IMG/VR virus record: IMGVR_UViG_3300014208_000027
Span: 96,001 to 160,000 of that record
Length of the DNA: 64,000 nt
Direction: 5' to 3' (one strand)
DNA from: a virus
Lineage: Duplodnaviria; Caudoviricetes
Shown here in pieces: positions 48,012 through 58,068 of this stretch (the stretch's first letter is position 1; every line of letters starts with the position of its first letter). Under the pieces are notes generated by a model. That model ran no database searches. It was not told where the DNA came from and saw only the letters and a program-made list of their open reading frames with translations. The position numbers were made by a program, and so were the translations under genes.

Positions 48012-49504
48012 TGAAAAATCTAGCCCTTCTTAGCGAGATAGAAACTATCATAGAAGATATGCTATCTGGTACTAATGATGTAGAGTCGGTAGATCAACAA
48101 AAAGTTATTGATATGTTTCGTACTCATCCCGATCCTACGCCTGCAATGGTGGATAGTTTCGCTGAAGATTTGGGTATATCAAAAGAACAACTGGAAGAAA
48201 AAATTTATTGTTTGCTATCTGACATGTTGAATAACAAAACTAAAGTACCTGATGAAGTTAGTCTAACCACTGAAAAGAGAGAAGAAGTGTTAAAAGGTGG
48301 TATTGCTGATGGACATCCTAGAAGTGAATTTGATCCTGGAGAACTTCGCAAGGGTATGAAGGTTGAATTTGAGCATACAAATAATATCGATGCTGCTAGA
48401 GAAATAGCTGAAGATCATTTAATGGAAGACCCCGATTATTATAAAAAACTAGAGAAAATGGAGACCGGACAAGATATGCCGCTTAATAATTTAAAAGAAC
48501 TTGTATCTCGTGTAGTTCAAGAAGTTTGCAAGAAACATCAAACATCTATTGAAGAAATCTTTGAGCCTAACAAGCAAACTCTAGGGGAAGAAGGTAAGAA
48601 ACTTAGGAAGGCATTAGCACATTTTAATAAAGAAGCTGGTGTATGGGGGCTTATTGATGATGAGACAAGAGAAGTGGTTCCTGGTACTCCTATTTGGCAT
48701 TCTCTAAAAGATGCCGTAAGGCAAGCCCCTCAAGGTGGGTATATCGTAAGTGGGCAAATGGAAGGTGACCTTCCACCGTGGCTAACTGAAAAAACTGTTC
48801 AAGGCACAGATACAAAGATTGATATTGGTGATAAACTAGCAAATTTTGAGAGAGTATCTGATCTTCTAAGAGATGAAAATTATCAATTATATCAACTTAT
48901 TAAATCTGGGGAACTAACTCAAAAACAAGCACCTGTGGCTATTGATGCGTTAAAAGATTTATCGCGTTATGCTCGTAGGGAAGACCAACAACAAGTTCTT
49001 GATATTTTAGCTAGAGATATTGAAGATGCTAGCGAAGGCACTGATCACGGTCTAGTAATGGAAGATGAAGTTGAAGGGCAAGAAAAAAATAATCCTACCC
49101 CCGTTGAATTATTTGAGAAAGCTAAGAAATTACAAAAACGTCTTAAGATAGCTTTGCTTAAAATAGCTAAAACTCTTCCTAGCTATAGCGAGGCAAGGTC
49201 TGAACTTAGAAACTCTGTCTTTGCGTTAGATCGTATCAATATTAATGGTTTACAAGAAGAATATGAAGGCGAAATTGAAGACGAGAAAAATTTTCCTCGT
49301 GAGCCACGTAGCCTTAGTTACCCCATGAAAGAAGAACTGGTAGAAGTAGCTCCACCGGGAAGAGAAGAACAAGTCAAGGCATTAAAGAAAAAGTTTCCTA
49401 AAGGGTCTGACTCTCCTTATAAGATTTCATGGGCACAAGAAAAAAGAGAAGAGAACCTTTACGAATCAATGCTTAAAATAGCTACAAAGCGTAGTAACAA
49501 ATAA
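48011..49504 (+). CDS. Glu-rich multi-module protein containing a DUF5661-like domain
   Basis: FDPGELRKGMKVEFEHTNNIDAAREIAEDHLMEDPDYYKKL; many L/I-x-E sites. Confidence 0.62.
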   Translation: MKNLALLSEIETIIEDMLSGTNDVESVDQQKVIDMFRTHPDPTPAMVDSFAEDLGISKEQLEEKIYCLLSDMLNNKTKVPDEVSLTTEKREEVLKGGIADGHPRSEFDPGELRKGMKVEFEHTNNIDAAREIAEDHLMEDPDYYKKLEKMETGQDMPLNNLKELVSRVVQEVCKKHQTSIEEIFEPNKQTLGEEGKKLRKALAHFNKEAGVWGLIDDETREVVPGTPIWHSLKDAVRQAPQGGYIVSGQMEGDLPPWLTEKTVQGTDTKIDIGDKLANFERVSDLLRDENYQLYQLIKSGELTQKQAPVAIDALKDLSRYARREDQQQVLDILARDIEDASEGTDHGLVMEDEVEGQEKNNPTPVELFEKAKKLQKRLKIALLKIAKTLPSYSEARSELRNSVFALDRININGLQEEYEGEIEDEKNFPREPRSLSYPMKEELVEVAPPGREEQVKALKKKFPKGSDSPYKISWAQEKREENLYESMLKIATKRSNK

Positions 49505-49519
49505 AAAAGTAGGCAATGA

Positions 49520-50296
49520 ATGATTTGCGGAACATTTCCTGGTCCAAATAGAAATCATATCTTAGGTATAGACCAATTAGACCCCTTACTTTGGGGGGTT
49601 TATCCAAACTTTAGATACCGTGGAATTGATGCTAATTTAACTAATTGGCCCGCGTGGAAGTATGGACCTACATTAACCTATTATGGAACTTCTTCTCCGC
49701 CAAATTTGTTGGTATCTTCAAGTCCTTACAGTGGACCTTCGGATAAGTCAGTTGAAATGTTTGGGAATACAGGTGCAGTTGGACCTGGAAGTTATCAAGA
49801 TGCTACTGGTACTACAACTGGTGATGTAACAACTGGTGACATATTCATAGAAATGATTATTAAGTTTGTTGCCGGTGGTGGAGGTTGGATTATTTCAAAG
49901 GGGGCCTTTCCATCTGGTGGTAATGGCTGGCGCCTTTATTATGATAGCGTTCCAAACTGGGTTATTCCTAACAACGCATTAGTAGGCTCTTATGGTGCCG
50001 CTTCTGGTTTTGATCATTTAGTATTTTCATATAATCGTGATATAACTGGAGTACAAGGAATTCGTCACTATAGGAATGGAACGTTAAAAAATCTTGGAGC
50101 ACAACAAATTACGACCACACTGACAAATGCTTATCCACTAACAATTAATGGTGATAAAAATAGAGCATTGACAAATACGCATTTTTATATTTCTTATGTA
50201 TCAATGTGGACTTCGCAAGATTGGATACCGGCCGATACTACTGCCGTGGATGCCATGGTTTTAGCACGCTATAATGCGTTGCAAGGAAATTATTAA
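49520..50296 (+). CDS. LamG/ConA-like protein, paralog of the N-terminal half of 62418
   Basis: YPNFRYRGIDA..WPAWKYG..SP..GD..IEMIIK..ISKG..GW..DHLVFSY..HYRNG. Confidence 0.55.
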   Translation: MICGTFPGPNRNHILGIDQLDPLLWGVYPNFRYRGIDANLTNWPAWKYGPTLTYYGTSSPPNLLVSSSPYSGPSDKSVEMFGNTGAVGPGSYQDATGTTTGDVTTGDIFIEMIIKFVAGGGGWIISKGAFPSGGNGWRLYYDSVPNWVIPNNALVGSYGAASGFDHLVFSYNRDITGVQGIRHYRNGTLKNLGAQQITTTLTNAYPLTINGDKNRALTNTHFYISYVSMWTSQDWIPADTTAVDAMVLARYNALQGNY

Positions 50297-50344
50297 CTTT
50301 ACTTTCTTTCAAAAATAATATATCATGTAATGTAGGAGACAAAT

Positions 50345-51337
50345 ATGAAGATAGGAATATGCGAAATATGTAAGAAGGAAAAGAAGGTTTGTAGGCGCAG
50401 AAATACTGGCTCGACAACGTGTCACAGGTGTTATCTAGATTTTATTGCACCAAAGAGTTTATGTGAGTGTGGGAGGTTTGAACCTGCTGCAAAGATTGTA
50501 AACGGAAAACCATATTGTAAGAAATGTTTTTATAATAAACTAACTTTGGTATCTGAATGTTATATTTGTCATGAGGAAAAGGAAGTTAGAAAGCAAAAAA
50601 AAACTAATATACTTGTTTGTGAAAAATGTCACAAAGACAATTTTGCTTTAAAACGAATCTGCGCATGTGGAAAAAAAACAATTTCTGCAAAAGTTGTTGA
50701 TGGTGAAGGATTTTGTGACACATGCTACAGAAAAAAGTTTTTATCTGAAGAGTGTGATGGGTGTCATGAAATAAAGGTTATAAATTGTAGAAGTGGTGGT
50801 AACTTTTGTAGTAAATGCTGGTTTAACAATATAAAAGAAAAAAAAGAGTGCCATGACTGCGGCGAGATAAGAAGAATATGCAGAGTTACTAATAACGGTC
50901 CAGTGTGTGAGAGGTGTAGCAGAAAATATCTGGAAAAACGGAAATGCACTGAATGCCCTAGAGTTAGACTAATACAAAAAGTATTGGGGGATAAAGAGTA
51001 TTGCAGTGTTTGTTATAAAAAATATCGATTGCAAAATGATGAATCTTTTAGAGTTAAAGAAAACTTAAGAGATAGACTTGCGTCGGCGTTTAGAAGACTA
51101 TCTAAAGGTGGGAAGAAGGCCAATGCCAAGGAATATGGTATAGACTATCAAGCCATTTTTGAATATATCGGAGAATGCCCTGGAGATAGAAAAGATTACC
51201 ATATTGATCACATAAAACCTTTGTGTTTATTTGATTTTGATGATCCAGAACAAGTAAGAGATGCATTCCGCCCAGAGAACCATCAGTGGTTAACTAAAGA
51301 AGAAAATATGAAAAAAGGGTCAAAATATAATTCATAA
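50345..51337 (+). CDS. HNH endonuclease with seven tandem Cys zinc-binding repeats
   Basis: Seven CxxC/CxC...CxxC pairs, then YHIDHIKP...NHQWLTKEENMKKG. Own sigma70-like promoter TTTACT-17-TATCAT. Confidence 0.8.
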   Translation: MKIGICEICKKEKKVCRRRNTGSTTCHRCYLDFIAPKSLCECGRFEPAAKIVNGKPYCKKCFYNKLTLVSECYICHEEKEVRKQKKTNILVCEKCHKDNFALKRICACGKKTISAKVVDGEGFCDTCYRKKFLSEECDGCHEIKVINCRSGGNFCSKCWFNNIKEKKECHDCGEIRRICRVTNNGPVCERCSRKYLEKRKCTECPRVRLIQKVLGDKEYCSVCYKKYRLQNDESFRVKENLRDRLASAFRRLSKGGKKANAKEYGIDYQAIFEYIGECPGDRKDYHIDHIKPLCLFDFDDPEQVRDAFRPENHQWLTKEENMKKGSKYNS

Positions 51338-52959
51338 TGGCTATTCCATCATTAAAACTAACAAAAGAAGACATAAAAAAAGAAATTATACGATGTGGCA
51401 GAGATCCTGTTTATTTCATCTCAAATTATTGCTATGTCCAACACCCCACAAAGGGAGTTGTCCGATTTAATTTGTATGATTTCCAAAAACAAATTATTCG
51501 AGACGTAAGTGATTATCGATTTAATGTCATACTTAAAGCAAGGCAATTAGGGGTTTCTACGGTTTCAGCTTGTTTCTCCTTATGGATGATGTTGTTTCAT
51601 CGTGGTCAGTCTATATTGATTTGCGCAACAAAAGAAAAAGTTGCTGTCAATGTCGTTAAAAAATGTAAATTAGCATATAAGAGGCTTCCTTCTTGGTTGA
51701 AAGTTTCTGATCTCACAATTGACAATAAAAACTCATTTGAATTAGAAAATTCAAGTTGGATCCGAGGAAGTAGTACTAGTGATGATGTGGGCCGTTCCGA
51801 AGCGTTATCCCTGCTAATAATTGACGAAGCTGCAATTATTAAAAATCTGGAAGATTTATGGCCCGGCTTATATAACACGGTTAGTGAGGGTGGAAAAATT
51901 TTGATAATGTCAACTCCGCTTGGAGCTAGCGGTTTGTTCTATAAAATTTACACTGACTCTTTAGCGCAAAAAAATGACTTTCACTCATCATTTTATGATT
52001 GGAGAAGCCACCCAAATCATGACCAGACTTGGTTTGATCACGAAGTAACTAACATGTCGCGCGCTCAAGTAGCTCAAGAATTACTGGGTAATTTCAATAT
52101 GTCCGGTGAAACTGTATTTGATCCTGAGATGATTGAATGGATGGAAAAAACTCATATTCGTGAACCATTATATCATACTGGGTTTGATCGTAATCTTTGG
52201 GTTTGGGAGGGTTTTAACCCTGAAGAAAAATACTTTATTGCTGCTGACTGTGCCCGAGGTGATGCTACAGATTATTCTGTAGCAGTTGTGTTAAAGATTG
52301 GGCTGTCTTCTTTGAGTGATAAAATGGAAATTGTGGCCTCTTATCAGGGGAAAACTCCTCCTGATTTATTCTCTAATTTTTTACACAACTTAGGAAAAGA
52401 GTATGGGAATGCTCTTTTAGTGGTTGAGAATAATACTGTTGGATTTGCTGTTGTTAGTAAATTGCAAGAATTGCAGTATCCAAATTTATATTATTCTGAA
52501 AAAGGAACGCATAATTTTGTTGAGTCTTATGAAGCAGAAACTAGTAATTCCGGTTATGTAGCAGGGTTTAGTACTACTTCAAAAACTCGTCCATTGATCG
52601 TTTCTAAAATGGAAGAAGATTTAAGGAATAAACTTTTAATATTCCACGATGCAAGATTACTAAACGAATGCCGTACTTTTATTTTTGAAAGTGGAAGACC
52701 GCAATCACAGCGAGGGTATAACGACGATCTAGTAATTGCAACTTGCATTGGCTGCTACGTGAAGGATCTTATTTATGCTACCAATACGGTTGAAATGAGT
52801 TATAAAAAAGCTTTCCTTAGTTCAATTTTTGTTAGCAATACAACTTTAAATACTAAAGTAGCTGGTCAAGCTGGAGCGCCCTTAACGGCTCAATATGATC
52901 AAAGTTTAAAAGACTACCAAGAGTATAATTGGATATATGTTGATATGTTTAAAAAGTAG
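51337..52959 (+). CDS. terL: Terminase large subunit (T4 gp17-like)
   Basis: RDPVYFI, LYDFQ, LKARQLGVST, IIDEAA, MSTPLG, AADCARG, VENN, NDDLVIA. Confidence 0.92.
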   Translation: MAIPSLKLTKEDIKKEIIRCGRDPVYFISNYCYVQHPTKGVVRFNLYDFQKQIIRDVSDYRFNVILKARQLGVSTVSACFSLWMMLFHRGQSILICATKEKVAVNVVKKCKLAYKRLPSWLKVSDLTIDNKNSFELENSSWIRGSSTSDDVGRSEALSLLIIDEAAIIKNLEDLWPGLYNTVSEGGKILIMSTPLGASGLFYKIYTDSLAQKNDFHSSFYDWRSHPNHDQTWFDHEVTNMSRAQVAQELLGNFNMSGETVFDPEMIEWMEKTHIREPLYHTGFDRNLWVWEGFNPEEKYFIAADCARGDATDYSVAVVLKIGLSSLSDKMEIVASYQGKTPPDLFSNFLHNLGKEYGNALLVVENNTVGFAVVSKLQELQYPNLYYSEKGTHNFVESYEAETSNSGYVAGFSTTSKTRPLIVSKMEEDLRNKLLIFHDARLLNECRTFIFESGRPQSQRGYNDDLVIATCIGCYVKDLIYATNTVEMSYKKAFLSSIFVSNTTLNTKVAGQAGAPLTAQYDQSLKDYQEYNWIYVDMFKK

Positions 52960-53139
52960 TGTTGCCCAATCTGCACAACATAACCTTTCTAGGCACAACT
53001 TGATTACAATTTGGCAAGGCAACAAAAAATAAAGTGTTCAATGTTCATTATTGTTTCACGCTATGTTGAACAAGCTAATTTGTGAAACACCTACTACTAG
53101 TGCTCCACTAAACTATTTATCATATTCAAAGGGTGAAAT

Positions 53140-55455
53140 ATGCCTCCAAAGAATCATAATACTAGAAATCCGTTAGAACAATCTCATGATCTTTTTAAAC
53201 GCTTAACACGTCTTTTTAGTGGTCCACTAGTCTCATACAAAGCACAAGTTGAGAAGTCTCTTAGGCGTAAACAATTAGATAAGTATTCTCGTCAGCTAAA
53301 GACAACAGATGGTCAACATTTTAAGAAGCAACAATTTAATTTATATGATGCCTTGAGATCTGCTGCGTTTATGAATGTCCAAAGGCATCAACGTTATAAT
53401 GATTTTAATGAGATGGATACGGATGCTTATATCAGTTCTTGCCTAGACATATATTCTGATGAAATGTGTACGTACTCTAAGCTTCAACCAATGTTGACGA
53501 TTAACTGTGCAAATGAAGAAATTAAAGAAGTTTTAAAAGTTCTCTATAAAGATGTGCTAAATGTGGAATGTAATTTGCCTGGTTGGTGCAGGTCAATGTG
53601 TAAGTTTGGTGATTTTTTTATGTTTCTTGACATTGACGATTCTCTTGGAATTCAGCGTGGAATTGCATTACCACCTGGAGAAGTAGAGCGACTTGAAGGA
53701 GAAGATAAGTTAAACCCTGATTATGTTCAATTTCAGTTAAATACCGGAGGATTAACTCTTGAAAATTGGCAAGTTGCACATTTTAGAATCTTAGGTGTAG
53801 ACAAATATGCCCCATTTGGAGTAAGTGTGTTAGATGGTGGGAGAAGAACCTACAGACAGCTTTGTTATGCTAAGGGAACAAAAGTTTGGCTTCCAAATCT
53901 TGAAGAAAAAAATATTGAAGATATGAAAATTGGGGATGTTGTATTTTCTTTTGATCGTAGTATAAACCAAATAATTGAAACAAAAGTAAAAAATGTTGCA
54001 TTTATGGGGATACAAAAGGTAATTGAAATAAAAAGCGGGGAGATTACTTTAAAAGTTACTCCAAATCATGGAGTTTATGTTAGAAATAAAGATGATCAAA
54101 TTATTTGTAAAATGGCAAAAGACTTAATTTGCTTTGAAGATAAGTTGATTTGTCCTACTGAACTAAATGATTGCGATTGCGGTGATTGGAGTTATTATAG
54201 TTTCCAACTTGTAGAAGAAGTTGTTGACAATGGAGAATTTGTTGAAACTTATGATCTTGAAGTTGATCATGAATGTCACAACTTCACTGCTGATGGAGTA
54301 ATTGCTTCTAACACACTATTAGAAGATTCTATTATAGCTTATCGTATTGTTCGCGCACCTGAAAGAAAAGTTTTTTATCTTGACGTAGGTAATATCCCGC
54401 CACAAGATGTTGAAGTATTTATGCAGAAAGCTATGACGCAAATGAAACGTCACCAAATTGCTGATCCCACTACAGGTAGAGTAGACCTTCGCTATCAACC
54501 TATGAGTGTTGAGAATGATTATTTTCTTCCTGTGCGCGGTCAAGGTTCTGCTACTAGAATTGAGCCCCTACCAGGTGGTCAATTTGTTGGCGATATTGAT
54601 GATTTGAAATATATTAAAGATAAATTGTTTGCTGCCTTAAAGGTTCCTATTTCTTATATTTCTCGTGGCGAAGGCTCTAGTGAAGATCAAGGTTCTTTAA
54701 GTGTCAAAGATATCCGCTTTGCTCGCACTATTCAACGCCTACAGAAGTCAGTTATTGCAGAGTTAACTAAAATTGGTCTTGTGCATCTTTTTATTCTAGG
54801 TTACCGTAACGAAGATCTGCTATCATTTTCGCTAGCGTTGAATAATCCTTCGAAGATTGCAGAACTTCAAGAACTTGAACATTGGAAAACTAAATTTGAG
54901 GTTGCTGGCGCTGCTACGGAAAACTTCTTTTCTAGGCGTTGGATCGGTGAAAGAATTTTTAATCTTTCTGAAGAAGAGATGCTTCGTAATCAGCGTGAAA
55001 TGTATCAAGATCGATGGCTAGATTCACAATTAAATTCTATTTCTGAAGGTACTGAGTCTAGCTCTGGAGGTGGCGGTGGACTTGAGGGCTTATCTAGCCC
55101 CGATAACACACCTGACGCTGGTTTAGAGGGCACTGATGAAACTGGAGAGCCATCAGAACCACCTACTCTTCTAGCCGCTCCTGGTAAGCGTGACGAGCCT
55201 CATTTAACGCCTGGTTCAAAAGGTAAAGTTTATTTTCCTGAAGAGTTTGATAAGCGTGGTATGGGGGCTAGATCTGTTCATATGGATTCTTTAGGTGGCA
55301 CTATTTTACCAGGGCTTAAAAAAATGAAATCTCTTGGTAGAGGTATTGCTAATGAATCTTTAACATTGGAAGAAAGTAAACTTCATAACACTAGTTTTGA
55401 AATTAAACAATTATTAGAAAAGTTAGAAAGTAAAACAGACAAGAAGATTATTTAA
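53140..55455 (+). CDS. Portal protein (T4 gp20-like) containing a mini-intein
   Basis: CLDIYSDE, WCRSMCKFGDFF, QL/TLLEDSIIAYRIVRAPERKVFYLDVGNIPP, DYFLPVRG..TRIEPLPGG, ALKVP. Confidence 0.92.
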   Translation: MPPKNHNTRNPLEQSHDLFKRLTRLFSGPLVSYKAQVEKSLRRKQLDKYSRQLKTTDGQHFKKQQFNLYDALRSAAFMNVQRHQRYNDFNEMDTDAYISSCLDIYSDEMCTYSKLQPMLTINCANEEIKEVLKVLYKDVLNVECNLPGWCRSMCKFGDFFMFLDIDDSLGIQRGIALPPGEVERLEGEDKLNPDYVQFQLNTGGLTLENWQVAHFRILGVDKYAPFGVSVLDGGRRTYRQLCYAKGTKVWLPNLEEKNIEDMKIGDVVFSFDRSINQIIETKVKNVAFMGIQKVIEIKSGEITLKVTPNHGVYVRNKDDQIICKMAKDLICFEDKLICPTELNDCDCGDWSYYSFQLVEEVVDNGEFVETYDLEVDHECHNFTADGVIASNTLLEDSIIAYRIVRAPERKVFYLDVGNIPPQDVEVFMQKAMTQMKRHQIADPTTGRVDLRYQPMSVENDYFLPVRGQGSATRIEPLPGGQFVGDIDDLKYIKDKLFAALKVPISYISRGEGSSEDQGSLSVKDIRFARTIQRLQKSVIAELTKIGLVHLFILGYRNEDLLSFSLALNNPSKIAELQELEHWKTKFEVAGAATENFFSRRWIGERIFNLSEEEMLRNQREMYQDRWLDSQLNSISEGTESSSGGGGGLEGLSSPDNTPDAGLEGTDETGEPSEPPTLLAAPGKRDEPHLTPGSKGKVYFPEEFDKRGMGARSVHMDSLGGTILPGLKKMKSLGRGIANESLTLEESKLHNTSFEIKQLLEKLESKTDKKII
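53863..54312 (+). mobile_element. 150-aa mini-intein (no endonuclease), portal residues 242-391
   Basis: Block A CYAKGTKV..IEDMKIGDVV; block B TPNH; block F VETYDLEV..HNF; ends ASN, then +1 Thr. Removal restores RQL-TLLED. Confidence 0.9.
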
Positions 55456-55459
55456 TTTA

Positions 55460-56545
55460 ATGTTCAATTTCAAGAAAATCTTAAGAGAGAATATTCAGCA
55501 AACTAGATTGTTGTTATGGGAAGGTTTAGGTCAACTTGATGAAAGAGCTAGGTATAGAGAGAAAGATATAGAGCTGCCAGAACTATGGGATGTGTTAAAA
55601 AAACTTAAAGTTGACAATCCCAATGATAGTCAATATTTTGTTCATCTTTCACAAATAGAAAAAGTTGGAATTAACCCACAATTTAGTCACGATGAATCGC
55701 CAATTGGAATATATACTTATCCTATAGATGAAGAGTTTTTTCGAATTTTTAAAGACAAAGTAGTATACGCTACAGACTTTCCATATGTTTTTATTCTAAA
55801 GTTTGTCGGAGATCCATCAAAGATTTATACTTTCGGGCAACGAAGCAAACTTTATTCTGAAATGTCGGAAGAAAGCTATAATAAATATTTAAATCTGATA
55901 AAAGTTCTCTTTAATGGGAAGCCTGAATTTGAAAAAATTTCAAAGTTTGAAAAAGAATATAGATCCTTTGAGCCTATCCAAAGGTTATGGAATATAACTA
56001 GAGGGTTAGTTGGCGATGGAAATGGCAAACAGTGGGGATTTTTATTAAAAAAACTTGGAATAAATGGATTCGTAGATTCTGGTCTGGGTGCTATACATGC
56101 CGCAGAAGATTCTCAGGCTATATTTTTTAATTATCCTGATCTTCAAATTGAGTATGAATTTACTAATATAAGTGATTCTAGACGGTATGAAAAACTGATT
56201 AACAACATCATTGATTTGTATAAGAATGGAAAAGTACCTAGCGAAAAAATGTTTAATGAATTAAACGATGTGAATTTAAAAAAAGTAGTGGAAGACGACG
56301 AATTGTATTTTGATAAATTTTGGGTTAAGTTGTCGAAGCGAAAAAATCTACCAGAAGAATTTATTGTTAAGTTTTCGGGTTATCTTGATTGGGGTTATAT
56401 TTCTCTTTATCAAAACTTGAGTGAAGACTTTATTGAAAAGTTTAGGAATAAGATTAATTGGATATCTCTCTCTAAAAACAAGGAAATTCCCGAAGAAACA
56501 AAAAACAAGTTTATTAACAAAGGAAAGGTAAAAAATGGCGTTTAG
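55460..56545 (+). CDS. Putative ART-fold (PolyVal-like) protein with C-terminal tryptophan repeats
   Basis: VHLS, PIGIYTYP, YA, LKKLGINGFVD, EDSQAIFF; repeats W..LS..xLPEEFIxKFxxxLDWxYISxYQNLSEDFIEKF. Confidence 0.45.
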   Translation: MFNFKKILRENIQQTRLLLWEGLGQLDERARYREKDIELPELWDVLKKLKVDNPNDSQYFVHLSQIEKVGINPQFSHDESPIGIYTYPIDEEFFRIFKDKVVYATDFPYVFILKFVGDPSKIYTFGQRSKLYSEMSEESYNKYLNLIKVLFNGKPEFEKISKFEKEYRSFEPIQRLWNITRGLVGDGNGKQWGFLLKKLGINGFVDSGLGAIHAAEDSQAIFFNYPDLQIEYEFTNISDSRRYEKLINNIIDLYKNGKVPSEKMFNELNDVNLKKVVEDDELYFDKFWVKLSKRKNLPEEFIVKFSGYLDWGYISLYQNLSEDFIEKFRNKINWISLSKNKEIPEETKNKFINKGKVKNGV

Positions 56546-57326
56546 ACACAACAAAAAAAAGAATACGCTTTTTATCTATGAAGTTCTTATACGTGAACTT
56601 ACTAGATGTATTCTAAAAGAAGACAAGGCACAAAAAAAAGAAATTCTCAACATTATTAAAACTTTCTTTGCTAAGGATAAGCCTTTAGCTAAAGAAATAG
56701 AGTTATATCGTATTCTATCTGAAACTACTGACCTTAAAGAAGGGTTAGCGCGTAAACTGTTATCAGAAACTTTACGAGTTTATAGTAACTTCAATCATAA
56801 TGATTTACAACAGGAACAAGAAAAATTACTTGCTCAAGTTAACGAGAAAACTGATTCTGAATCATTATTTACTACTTTTATTCCTTCTTATAGAAATCTT
56901 GCAAGTATCTACCAAATTTTTAACCGTAAAATGAATCCTAAAGAAAAAGTTATTCTTGAAGAACGCATTGTAGAATCTTTAATGAGTTCGCCAAAGTTAA
57001 AAGAGGAAGAAAAATTTAATCCTATTGGAAATTTAGAGTTTAAAACATTTCTAAACTCATTTAATGAAGTATACTCTGGTACGCTTATAAAAGAACAACA
57101 AGAGTTGTTAACTCGTTATGTGCTTTCTAGTACAGATGATGGTACGGAACTAAAAATATATCTTAATGAGGAAATTTCAAGATTGAAAGGTGCTGTAAAG
57201 GGTAGGGAAGAATTAAAAGAAGTGTTACAGGTTTTAGAAAACTTTCAAAATCAACCAATTAGTACGGAAGTATTAAGTCAAGTGTTGCGAGTGCAAGATT
57301 TAGTAAGTCAGTTAGAAAACAAATAG
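56535..57326 (+). CDS. Helical protein between portal and protease (prohead core/scaffold-like)
   Basis: HNKKKNTLFIYEVLIRELT; position in the head module; Glu-rich helical. Confidence 0.5.
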   Translation: MAFRHNKKKNTLFIYEVLIRELTRCILKEDKAQKKEILNIIKTFFAKDKPLAKEIELYRILSETTDLKEGLARKLLSETLRVYSNFNHNDLQQEQEKLLAQVNEKTDSESLFTTFIPSYRNLASIYQIFNRKMNPKEKVILEERIVESLMSSPKLKEEEKFNPIGNLEFKTFLNSFNEVYSGTLIKEQQELLTRYVLSSTDDGTELKIYLNEEISRLKGAVKGREELKEVLQVLENFQNQPISTEVLSQVLRVQDLVSQLENK

Positions 57327-57356
57327 AATCACAACTATTTATTGCTAGGAGATATT

Positions 57357-57443
57357 ATGCAAGATTTCGTCTATATTGTTCGTAAGTGGCAAAATAAACG
57401 TAGAGTTGCTTTGTGTTGTAAAGGTAGCATAAGCAAGCCCTAG
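57357..57443 (+). CDS. Possible 28-aa basic peptide
   Basis: CTATTTA at 57335, SD AGGAG, MQDFVYIVRKWQNKRRVALCCKGSISKP. Confidence 0.35.
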   Translation: MQDFVYIVRKWQNKRRVALCCKGSISKP

Positions 57444-57465
57444 CGAGTAGGGCAAGAAAAAATAA

Positions 57466-58068
57466 ATGTCAAAAATGCTTCTTACAGAATTTTTTAGTTT
57501 ATGCCCTGGGGGTCAATGTGAAGATCTGTTAACTGAGCATGATAAACATATGGTTCGTGAAGGCAACATTATTTTAACTGGTAAAATTCAAGAAGCAAAC
57601 ACTAGGAATGGCAATGGAAGAGTTTATCCCAAGAAAATCCTTGAACGTGAAATCAACAAGTATCAGCAATTAATTGAAGAAAAACGGGCACTTGGGACCT
57701 TAGATCACGGAGTGGATGAGACAGTGATGTTGAAAGATGCCTCGCATTTAATGACACAACTATGGTGGGATGGTGATTGCGTTATGGGCAAGCTCAGAGT
57801 GTTAAAAACTCCTGTAGGTCAAATTTTAGAAACTTTGATTAAAGAAGGCATATTACTTGGAATTTCTTCTAGAGCACTCGGTAGCTTAACAGAAGGTAGG
57901 GATGGAAATTCTATTGTCAATGAAGATCTTGCCCTACTGTCGTTTGATATAGTTTCAGTCCCTTCTACAAATCGTGCATTTCTTCAACAAGTTCAAGAGT
58001 CAAAGTTGAACGAATCTAAACAAAGTAAAATTTCTTCCCTAGTTAGTGAAATCCTCAAGAGGCGCTAA
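57466..58068 (+). CDS. Prohead maturation protease (T4 gp21-like)
   Basis: NGNGRVYP, ALGTLDH, GISSRALGS, FDIVSVPS. Confidence 0.9.
   Translation: MSKMLLTEFFSLCPGGQCEDLLTEHDKHMVREGNIILTGKIQEANTRNGNGRVYPKKILEREINKYQQLIEEKRALGTLDHGVDETVMLKDASHLMTQLWWDGDCVMGKLRVLKTPVGQILETLIKEGILLGISSRALGSLTEGRDGNSIVNEDLALLSFDIVSVPSTNRAFLQQVQESKLNESKQSKISSLVSEILKRR

Noticed and set aside
51337-52959. Intein or intron in the terminase
   Set aside because: Motif spacing and length are normal; no intein blocks seen.
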